Origin: Azolla caroliniana
Taxonomy: Eukaryota > Plantae > Polypodiophyta
Length of the DNA: 64,000 bases
Direction of reading: 5' to 3'
Assembly (NCBI GenBank): GCA_043228905.1
Contig: JBHGNT010000010.1
Location: 14,012,001-14,076,000 of the forward strand
The notes under the pieces were generated by a model that saw only the letters and a list, made by a program, of their open reading frames with translations, had not been told where the DNA came from and ran no database searches. This document shows, one piece after another, positions 50,294-61,291 of this stretch. The stretch's first letter is position 1. The number at the start of each line of letters is the position of its first letter. The position numbers and the translations under genes are program-made.

Positions 50294-53268
50294 TGTTGGC
50301 CGGTCAGAAGAGCAAGGACAAGTGGGAAGGCGGAGCCGGATTGGATAATAGGAAGTAAATAATAGTAGAATTATTATTTGGAGGGACGGATCCGGTACAG
50401 TTGTACCGATCCGGATCCGGACCGATTCGGATGTCGGTTGCCTAAGCGCACCGATTGTAACCTTGCTAGATGCCTATAAAAGGATCCGATGATTTGTAAA
50501 GGGTGAGACGGAAGTAATACAAAAGTAATTATTGCGTGTTTATCTGTATCTTCGTATTGTTTACCGTCTGTGCTTAATTGTAATCATCTTACGCGTGTAA
50601 CCTAGCATCCAATCCTTACCACCCCTTTTTTAGAAGTGTCGGATAGACACCTGTGTTGAGGCTAGTCCGGCCAGGCAGACAACACTATTTTGGCGACCAC
50701 GATGGGATGGATGTCTAGACCAAACGACGACCACATCACCGAACGAGGGAGACGATACACCGAACGCGAGCAACGACGGGAAGCTCTGCAGCAAGCCGTC
50801 GACGAGATCCGGCGGGATCGGTCATTCTCCAAAACTCTTCGGAGAGTCGCAGAAGAAGCACTGCAGTTCCGGGTTCTGCAAATCCCCGACGAAGGCAGTA
50901 GCATAACAAGCCTGCAAGAGGCGGAAACGATACTACAGACGCTCGCCGGGGGCGACGGGGACTCGGAAGCATTCGCAACACTTGAGGCGGAGTCGGAAAG
51001 CGACGGAAGCGTTGCGTCCCGGTATAAAAGCAGCCACGACACACCAAACGACCGGGGGGAAGAGGGGTCGCAAGACTCAGTAATAGCGGACCAGTTAGAG
51101 GAAGAAGAAACGTGTAGGCAACAACTGACGCATACAACAACTCAGGAGTTGGTCGCGCTCCGAACACAGATCGAGGAAATGCAAGGGGAGCTGTTGCAGG
51201 CAAGGGAAGGAATTCAACAAGCACAAGTTGTCACCGAGCCGGTCGGGACAACAAGGAAGCAACCAAAACCGGAATCGGAACCGGTAGCCTTGCAAACCGG
51301 CCCTGAGACCGAAAAAATAATAGAAACCTTACGAGAGGAGTTAAACGCTCAGGAGGCATTAAGGGAAAAAGAAAGGGAGCAGCGGAAAGCGGTGGAGGAC
51401 GACAGACGGAAAATGGAAGAAGGCCTCCGGAAAGGCCAAGCCACTAATGACCGACTGCAAGAAGAAAAAGAGAAGCTGCAAAAGGAGAAGGACCGACTGC
51501 ATCGACATGCCGAGCAGGAGATAGAACGACTGCAGGAAGAACTCCGACAACAGAAAGACCAGGACGACCGGTTAAGAGCTCAGGCAAACTGACGCCTGAA
51601 GCAAAAGACGGAGGACTTCGACCGTCTCTACCGAGATCACAAGCAGGCCGAGTCGGACAACAAGAAACGGGCAGCAGACTACGACCGGCAAATAGAGAAG
51701 CTGAAAGAACAGCTCAAAGAGACCTGATTAGACCTGGCTAAGGCAATGGATGAGGTCAGTGCCAAAAAGGAAGCATTGTCGGCGGAAATAGCCCAAGCGA
51801 CGGAGAGAAGGAAGGAATTAGAGGCGCTAAGGCGGGAAAAGCTGGATCTGACCAAGATCAGGAATGAAGAAAAGGAAAGATCGACCTTCACGATTAGCAA
51901 ACTGCAAAGTACCTATGAAAAGCAGAAAGCAGATTACGAGGCCCAGGCTCAGATAATGGCCGACATTATAAAACGGGCAAGGAAGGAAAAGCAAGAAGCT
52001 TATGCGCATGCTAAGGCGGGGGTTGACCGGATCAAGCTCATCATGTCAGGTTGGAGTACCCGAGCTCAGGCAAGCATCAATGAAAGTACGGAAAAGCTAT
52101 GGAAGGAGTGGTCACAACAGGCAGCCGAGCTGCAGACACTCCGAGCGGATGCCGAGAATCGGAGGAAGACCGGTGACAAGTTCTACAAGATGGATGAAGA
52201 AAGTATCGTCGCCATTCGGGAAGAATTGTCGGAGGATTTCTACACTTTAGCGGAAGAACATCTCAAAGAAATCCGAGGGTTGGTAGAGAGGTTGGATGAC
52301 GGGCAGCTCGCAACTCAGTTGGAGTTGGAGAAATACGAGCAGGACCGGTTACGACAGGAAGCCAAGGGAAGAACGACGCCAATCACTATAAGTGAGGGAG
52401 AGCGACCGGCTGAAGTTGAACCAACCGACACCGAACAACCCCGACAAGGAATACCCGAAGAAGAACTTTCGTTCGAAGGAAATCAAGAAGAGCAGGAGCA
52501 GACCGATGCCGGAGAAGAAGAAGAGCTGAGACCGGAAGACACCAGAGCAGAGGAAGGAGGCGTACCAAGCCGACCAGTCGAGACCGGAGAAAGCGACATT
52601 GGTAATAGAACAGAGCCTGGAACGGAGGGAGAACAGGAAGAACCCGGACGAAGCGGTGAGGAAGCACCTGCACCACAGAATCAAGCAGAGCCGGAGCAGC
52701 AAATTTTTATGGAACAGCCAACCCAACCGGAGGTCGGAGACCAGGCAGGCAAGGAACAGGAATTGGAGGAAGAAGCACCACTTGACACCATCGAGCAGAG
52801 TGTGCTCGATATTTTGGAGGAAGAATGAGGTCGGGAGTGGATTCGAAGTGCAAGGCACTTTCCCACGGGCGTGCCATGTGTTGGCCGGTCAGAAGAGCAA
52901 GGACAAGTGGGAAGGCGGAGCCGGATCGGATAATAGGAAGTAAATAATAGTAGAATTATTATTCGGAGGGACGGATCCGGTACAATTGTACCGATCCGGA
53001 TCCGGACCGATTCGGATGTCGGTTGCCTAAGCGCACCGATTGTAACCTTGCCGAATGCCTATAAAAGGATCCGATGATTTGTAAAGGGTGAGACGGAAGT
53101 AATACAAAAGTAATTATTGCGTGTTTATCTGTATCTTCGTATTGTTTACCGTCTGTGCTTAATTGTAATCATCTTACGCGTGTAACCTAGCATCCAATCC
53201 TTACCACCCCTTTGGAGAAGTGTCGGATAGACACCTGTGTTGAGGCTAGTCCGGCCAGGCAGACAACA
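50294..53268 (+). mobile_element. Non-autonomous LTR element (about 390-bp LTRs) carrying one coiled-coil ORF and no gag/pol motifs
   Basis: LTRs 50294-50684 and 52879-53268 (TGTTG...CAACA); TSD CAAGA (50289-50293/53269-53273); PBS TGGCGACCACGATGGGA 50691-50707 (tRNA-Arg-like). Confidence 0.95.
50702..52828 (+). pseudogene. About 700-codon Glu/Gln/Arg/Lys-rich coiled-coil protein of unknown function, two in-frame TGA stops
   Basis: ORFs 50690-51592 and 51746-52828 share a frame; the only interruptions are TGA at 51590 and 51725; heptad-rich middle and acidic C-terminal tail. Confidence 0.8.
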
Positions 53269-55211
53269 CAAGATGCCCATCCCATGTCCATTTTCTCTTT
53301 TAGAAGCTCGATTAATTGCGGTATCCTTGCTCTTGGCACTGGGATTGGCTTCAGATTCCACGGAATGTGTGGGATCGTGAAGATGACCATTGGTTCAACT
53401 ACTTTCGGATTCACACATCCAATTTCTTCAGGGTTATAGGAGAATGCTTTCCCATGCTGCCCTAGCATTTTTCTGAATTCTGCTTCTTCTATAGGTGTTA
53501 GGAAGTCCTCCCCTCCAATTGTTAGTTCTTTAATTGTTTCTTCTGTGAACTTGTGCCCAATTCTCTTTGGATCCCAAAGAATTGGCTCGGTCGACACCTC
53601 CTTCATTATCTTTTCACTGTCTTCTGGAAGTGGTGTTGCTGCTGGCCGGACCTTCTTCTCCACCATTTTGTACTTGGTGTTTATTTGAGCTTCTTCTTTT
53701 TGAACATACTCCTTGATGATTTTGAATAGCTCGATGGAATTTACCACAACTTCAACTTCATCATCTTCTGTCATTAGAGACTCCAACTCTCCTATTGTAT
53801 CTTTAAAACAATATTCTTCAAATATATTCACTAATTTTTCTTCTGAATCTATCATACCTCCACCTTGTAATTCTTTTTCTATTTTTCGGAATTTCTTTCC
53901 TTTGAAATCTTCTATTATAGTTGCGCCATCTACCGACACAACATATAATTTACCGTTATCTTCAATGCTATGAATGGGGCTTCTTACCTCCCTTGGGCCA
54001 TCACAGCCCCTTTTTGTAAGGGCCCGCTCTAGAAATCCTGTACGAAATCCCCCACATCTCGTAGTGGATGATCTCCTAGATTCTCCTTATTCCTCTCATG
54101 ATTTGGTCGAACAATAAGGAACTATACCGACCTCTTCCCATCCTGGCTTCGAATCCTAGCAAGCGCCGCTCCATTATCAATCACTTTAGTCTCCATCCGC
54201 ACTGTTGTGATGTATGGTTGCCCTAGGATTACTGGATAAAAGGACTTCTCTTGGACAAAGAAGTTTTGATCTACTGACACGTCCCCAATTGTAACTTTAA
54301 TATTTGGGCATGCGCCACATAAATCCTCCACGACCTCAGTCGCTGCTCTCACCTTCCAACCGTGGTTCCTTTCTATTGGCCATCTCCCGCGATTGTAAAA
54401 GTCAGACGATATGATATTTATCTCGGAGCCATGGTCGATGAGTGCCACACATGGTTCCATCTGATCTCCAATTCTGACTGGAGCCTCGGTTGTCCCCCAA
54501 GCCCAATGTGTGCGGGTGTAATGGCTTTGTTCCTCTTCATGACTACATTGTGTGTCAGCACTCCGTACCCCGGCTAACAATGCAGTCTCCATATCTTCAT
54601 CTTCCTCCCATATCATGACGGTATTTACTCCACTCATTTCTTCAACCACTTGTCTTTTCCTCCGAATCACATCAATGATCACTTCATGAAATTCCTTCTT
54701 CGCGATCCCTAGTACTTCTCGGAGTGTTAACTCAACTTTACCATCGAGAATCCTTGATTCTAGCACATGCTTTAGGTCGGTGGATGTTTCGATGTCGGAG
54801 GCGAGTTTGAATGACAAGGCTATCTTTTGCTTACCTTTGTCTTCTTTCATCGCCTCCGCAGCAACTCGTTCAATTTCTCGTCTCTTTTGTTCTCGAGTCT
54901 CGGGTTTTCTAGAAGGTCTCGCTTCTTCAGTTCTCCTTCGTTTTTCTTCGATTGTCACCTCGTGGGCATTCACCCCTGCTATCTTGGCGATCGCAGTGAG
55001 TGAATCTATTGGGTCATTCCACCCAGTACTACTCCTTATCTCGTCACCAGCCTTTCGTAAGTCCTGTGGCTGGACTCTTTTGTCAGTAGCAGACTTTATC
55101 ACTTTTCCCCAGAATCCTGATTCAATCTGGGGATCATCGACCTTCAATTCGGAAGTAGTCGAAAAGTACATTGCCTGAACATTCTTCGACTCTTCGTCCT
55201 CCATCACTGTC

Positions 55212-55486
55212 TAACAGGAACTACACGCTCCGATGAACAACGCTCGTCCACAACCGAGCTTAGAATCAAACACAGAAAACGGGGAATGAATGCACAACAC
55301 AATGGAGAGAAGAGTACACAGGATGTTAACGTGGAAAACCCAAACTAGGGAAAAACCACGGGAGCCCACAGACTGCAAACTATCACTATATCACAATGAT
55401 TACAACAGTGAGCTCACGGAGGCAATGACCTCGTGCTCACGATCTTTGCCACAGGCAGCGGTTACAACAGAGGTACGAGCTCTTCG

Positions 55487-55564
<78 letters not shown>

Positions 55565-58500
55565 CACTGTTGCGCTCTAATCTTGCACCAACAAGAATGA
55601 CAACAACCTCCACCACACTACTAAGTTTTCCCTAAGTCATATTTATACTGATATGACTTTTCGGCTATTTACAAATATAGCCCCGATGGACTCTCAAAAA
55701 ACATATTTACGAATATGTCCCTTCATCCGGTGAGCCCTTCTCACCGGGCCTTCACCATCCGGCTCTTGCCGGGTACTCATCATCCGGTTCCCACTGGGTC
55801 TTCCGTAGCCGGGTAGTTCACATCCGGTTCTCACCGAGTCTTCACCATCCGGCTCTTGCCGGGTACTCGTCATCCGGTTCTCACCGGGTCTTCCGTAGCC
55901 GGGTAGTCGTCATCCAGTTTCAGCCTCGGCCGAGTTTGCTCATCAGTACTGCTCTTCTCACTTCCCATCTAGAAGGACTTGTTTCCTAACAAACTCCCCA
56001 TTCAGTCCGACATGGGATGTCTTACTAGTCTGATCCGCTTCCGGCATGCATCCAACTTGTCGGGTATCAGTACTTTGGTCAGCATATCTGACCCGTTCTC
56101 GGCCATGTGGATCTTCGTCAGCGCAAACTCCTGGTCATCTACTCTTTCCCGGATCCAGTGATACCTTCGTTGGATATGCTTAGTCCGGAAATGGTTGGCC
56201 ACATTCTTAGCAAGGTGGATGGCACTTTGACGGTCGCAATAGAGCCGATATTCATCTTGCCGGATACTGAGCTCTCCGATGAAGTCCTTCATCCATAGTA
56301 TTTCCTTGCCAACTTCCACAGCCGGCATGTACTCCGTTTATGTGGTTGACCACGCAACCATCTTCTGCAACCTCAACTGCCACGAAACAGCTCCCCCTGC
56401 ATATGTCATTACATACCCGGATGTAGACCGGCCGGTATCCACATCAGCCGACATGTCCGAATCGATAAAACCGTCAAGTTGAGGTTTTCTAGAGCCGAAT
56501 CAGAGACACATATTTGAAGTGCCCTTCAAGTACCGGAGTATACATTTGACCGCGTTCCAGTGCTCTTTGCCGGGATTGCTCATAAACCGGCTCACCACTC
56601 CGACTGCGTATCCTATATCCGGTCGGGTACACACCATTGCGTACATTAAGCTCCCAACGGCAGATGCATATGGAGCCTTCATCATATCAGCCTTCTCTGC
56701 TTTCGTCTTTGGGCTTTGCTTACCGGATAATCTGCAGTTTGCCGGGAGTGTCGATCCGACCGGTTTTGCTTCTAACATGTTGAACCGCTGAAGCACCTTT
56801 GTCACGTATTTTTCCTGTGACAACCACAATTGTTTTGTTGGCTGGTTCCAGATAATATGCATCCCCAACATCTGCCTTGCCGGACCCAAGTCTTTCATCG
56901 CGAAGGTTCGCTTGAGTGCCTTCTTCAGCATCCGTATTCTGGCTTGGTTCCGTCCAACGATCAACATGTCATCCACGTACAGAAGGAGTATCAGGAAGTC
57001 GCCTCCTTCGAACTTCTTCACAAACACGCAGTGATCGGCCTGCGTCTTGTGGTACCCTTGATCGGTCATGAAGGAGTCGAACTTTCGGTACCATTTTCGG
57101 GGAGCCTGCTTTAGTCCGTACAGGCTCTTCTTCAACCGGCAAACCAGGTGCTCCTTCCCTTTCTCCACGAATCCTTCCGGTTGCTGCATGTAGATCTCCT
57201 CTTCGAGGTCACCGTGAAGGAATGTCGTCTTCACGTCCAGCTGCTCTACCTCAAGGTCCATGCTTGCCACTATACTCAGCACCGTCCGGATGGAGGTCAT
57301 CTTTACTACCGGGGCAAATATCTCATCGAAGTCCACGCCCTTCTTCTGTTGGAACCCTTTCACCACAATCCTATCTTTGTATCTCGGGGGATTGCCAGTA
57401 TCTCCCGGTTTCAACTTGTACACCCACTTGTTTCGGAGTGCCCGCTTTCCTTTCGGCAACTCCACCAATTCGTACGTATGGTTCTCATGCAGGGAATCCA
57501 TCTCATCCTACATGGCACTTAACCATTTGCGATTGTGGGTGTCATCCTTCGCTTCTTCGAATCTTTCTGGCTCCCCATCATTGGCTAGCAGCACATGCTC
57601 TGCATCTGGAAATCTCTCTTAGAGGATATCTCCGTCTTTGGGCTTCGGTAACCGGCCCCTCCATTTGCTCTTCATCCGAATCTGATTCGAGGTCTTGGCC
57701 GGTTCCGGTTTCAGCTTCCACTACTTCTTCTGCCGGTTCGGTATCCTCACCGTAATCGGTTGGTTCCTCGAGTGCTAACCGGTCTCTTGTCGGTTGGGTC
57801 TGCTCATCGTAGAATCGATCCTTACCAATAGACTCGGAGTTCATTATCTTCTTCTCCGACTCCCAGTCGGCGAGCGTCTTGTCCTCCATGAAGATAATAT
57901 CTCGACTCCGGAATACCTTCTTGTCGACCAGGTCCCACACTCGGTAGCCGAACTCATCGTTGCCGTAATCGAGGAATATGCATGGCCGGGTCTTCGGATC
58001 CAACTTTCCTCTCCGTTCCTTAGCAACATGCACGTACGCAAGACACTCGAATACTTTCAGATGCCGGTAGGACACTTCCTTACCGGTCCAGACTCTCTAT
58101 GGCGTGTCTCCGTCCAAGGGTACTGAAGGTGATCTGTTTATCACATATGTCGCCGTCGACAATACCTCAGCCCGAAACTTCTTTGGTAGTTTTGCATGCG
58201 CCAACATACTCCGAACCCTCTCCATTATGGTCCAGTTCATCCTCTCGGGCAACCCGTTTAGTTCCGGCGTCTTCGGCACGGTAAATTCGAGCCGGATTCC
58301 CTTCGAGCGAAAGTACTCCTCGAACTGCCCCCGGTATTCACCTCCGTTATCTGCTCGAACCGCCTTCAGCTTCCGGCCGATTTCTGTTTCCACTCTCGCG
58401 TGGAGCTCTTTGAAGACAGATAGCACCTGATCCTTCGTCTTCAACGGTGTGGCCCACAACTTCCGGTTGTGGTCATCTATGAACGTCACGAAGTACTGCG

Positions 58501-60332
58501 ATCCTGCATGTGACTTCGTGTCCACTTGACACACATCAATATGCACCAACTCCAGTGGTGCATTACGTCTCATCGGTGGCCTTGGTCTGAAGGAGGTCCG
58601 GTTTTGCTTACCGGCCTGACAATCAGTGCACTTCTCCAAGTGCACGCTCTTCACTGCAATGAGGTTGTCGTATGCAAGCCTCTTCATCCCCTTCTCGCTC
58701 ATGTGACACAGCCTTTTGTGCCACAGCTCACCGGCAGTGTCGGATGCCACGTTCACTTCCTCCGGACATAACCAGGCATTCATCAGGTACAGCGTGTTTA
58801 CCTTCCGGGCCCGAGCCACAATCAGGCTCCCTTTGCTGAACTTCATGACACCGTTCCGGATGCTACCCGTGTAGCCTTCATCATCTAGCCGACTGGCTGA
58901 TATAAGGTTCAAACGAACCTCCGGAACGTGTCGGACATCCTTCAACAGCACCTTGCATCTGGTTGGTGTTGTCAGCCACACGTCTCCTATGCCGACAATT
59001 CGGCATGTACCTTCATTCCCCATCCGGACACAGCCGTGATCACCGGCTGAGTAGGATGAGAAGCATTTCCGGTCCGGGGTAAGGTGGAACAACGCTCCGG
59101 AGTCGACCACCCAGGTCATCTCATCGCCGGCAAGGTTTATCTCACTCTCCTCGGTGATGAGCATCAACTCTTCTTCACTTGCCGCGATTGTCGTCGTTCC
59201 CTTCCGGTCCGTTCCCCTCCGGTCTTTACCGTTCCGATCCGGAGTCCACTTCGAATCGGTGCCGTCGGTTTCCTTGTCTTTTCGGAAATGCTGACAGTTC
59301 TTCTGGAAGTGTCCCGGCTTGCCGCAATAGAAGCAAGTAGGCCTCCCCCTTGACTTTGACCGTGTCCCCGACTTTTCCCGGTTTTGGGGACTATGATTCC
59401 TTTGTCTTCCGCGTTCCGATTCGGTAAGGAGCGCTTTGGAGTCGGAGCTCGTATCCTTATCTTTCCGACGCGCCTCCTCATCTAGCAAGCTCGACTTCAC
59501 TCTTGCTAGGGATAACCGTTTCCCTTTCGGCCCGGCGTTGCCCAAAGTGACAACCAACATCTCCCAGCTATCTTGGAGGGAACCGAGCAGGAGTAGCGCT
59601 AGTACCTCATCGGCGAGAGGTACTTCCAATGATTTTGCTTGGTGGATCAGCCCCTGGAAGGCATTCATGTGCTCCGCCATGTTGGAGCCATCTTGGTACC
59701 GGAGTCTTACTAGCTTCCGAAATACCGAAACCTGATTAACAGCATTATTGTTTTGAAACATAATGTCGATCTTCTCCCAGAGCTCATGAGCCTTGCTCTC
59801 TTCATTGAAGTTGTTGTCTAGACTCATGTCGATGAAGCACCGTATGTACGCCGTTGTCTTCATGTGCATCACCTCCCATATCGTGGCGTCGATTTTGTCT
59901 GGTCTCTTGTCCCCGAACTAAACCGGCAACTAAAGATCTTTAACCACGAGCAAGTCCCTCATCTTCGACTTCCACACGGAATAGTTGGAGCCGGTGAGCT
60001 TGAACATGCCTCCCAACGATTCGTCCATTTTCTGTGTCGTTTCGCTTTGATACCACTTGACAGGAACTACACGCTCCGATGAACAACGCTCGGCCACAAC
60101 CGAGCTTAGAATCAAACATAGAAAACGGGGAATGAATGCACGACACAATGGAGAGAAGAGTACACGGGATGTTAACGTGGAAAACCCAAACTAGGGAAAA
60201 ACCACGGCAGCCCACAGACTGCAAACTATCACTATATCACAATGATTACAACAGTGAGCTCACAAAGGCAACGACCTCGTGCTCACGATCTTCGCCACAG
60301 GCGGCGGTTACAACAGAGATACGAGCTCTTCG

Positions 60333-60408
<76 letters not shown>

Positions 60409-60836
60409 ACATTGTTGCGCTCTAATCTTGCGCCAACAAGAATGACAACAACCTCAACCACACTACTAAGTTTTCCCTAAGTCATATTTATAGTAATATT
60501 ACTTTTCGGCTATTTACAAATATAGCCCCGATGGACTCTCAAAAAACATATTTACGAATATGTCCCTTCATCCTGTCAGAACTTCTAATCGGGCCTTCAC
60601 CATCCGGCTCTGGCTGGGTACTCGTCATCCGGTTCTCACCAGGTCTTCCGTAGCCGGGTAGTTCACATCCGGTTCTCACCGAGTCTTCACCATCCGGCTC
60701 TTGCCGGGTACTCGTCATTCGGTTCTCACCGGGTCTTCCGTAGCCGGGTAGTCGTCATCCGGTTTCGGCCTCGGCCGAGTTTGCTCATCAGTACTGTTCT
60801 TCTCACTTCCCATCCGGAGGGACCTGTTTCCTAACA
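55212..60836 (-). mobile_element. Ty1/copia (Tnt1-like) full-length element, mildly decayed
   Basis: LTRs 60058-60836 (5') and 55212-55991 (3'); TSD CTGTC/CTTTC (one mismatch); PBS TGGTATCAAAGC at about 60044-60055; PPT GGGGAG at about 55994-55999. Confidence 0.95.
56002..60028 (-). pseudogene. Copia gag-PR-IN-RT-RH polyprotein with a few stops and frameshifts
   Basis: CFYCGKPGHFQKNC, WVVDSGA, LWHKRLCH, VRADNGGEY, YVDDML, YCDRQSAIHL, HFRTKHI. Confidence 0.93.
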
Positions 60837-61291
60837 CTTTCTTCATTCCACCTTTGCCGAAGTTGGTTTTTAGGGGTTGTCGGGTCTCCGAGGAGTGGAT
60901 TCTCCCATTTTGATAGAAGATAATTTTTCTTTCTAACGCTTCCTTATGGCTCTGACAATCCCTTTTTTGGTGCTCTGTGCTATCGCACCATATGCATCGG
61001 CGGATGAATTCACCCTTTTCTCCTTCATTGGGCTTTTTTCGAACACCTGAGCTTTCCCCCTTCTCAAGCTTTGTGAACTTGAGTTGTAGATCCCGCATTC
61101 CCTTTATCAGATCATCAATCGTGGACTCTGGCTCCTTTCCTTTGCCAACATCCGTTCGGGTTCTTGATTCTTGTTTTGGATGTTCTCTAGTTGTTTTCTT
61201 TATTCTATTTTCATAGCCATCCTCCATCCTTAGCGCCCTCCTTCTTAGTACTCGACAAGCCTCGAGTACTTCCACCCAATCGGACACAAAA

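Larger units (their letters stand above)
40995..61291 (-). mobile_element. Decayed gypsy element of the 27373-34687 clade, split by four nested insertions; 5' end lies beyond the window
   Basis: 3' LTR about 40995-41935 (minus-strand TGTCGTG...CGCGACA) with PPT at 41936-41950; IN 41972-43065; RT/RH 48717-50288; pol start 53274-54028; gag-PR 54029-55206 (LIDHGSEIN); gag 60837-61286 (CIWCDSTEHQKRDC). Confidence 0.9.
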
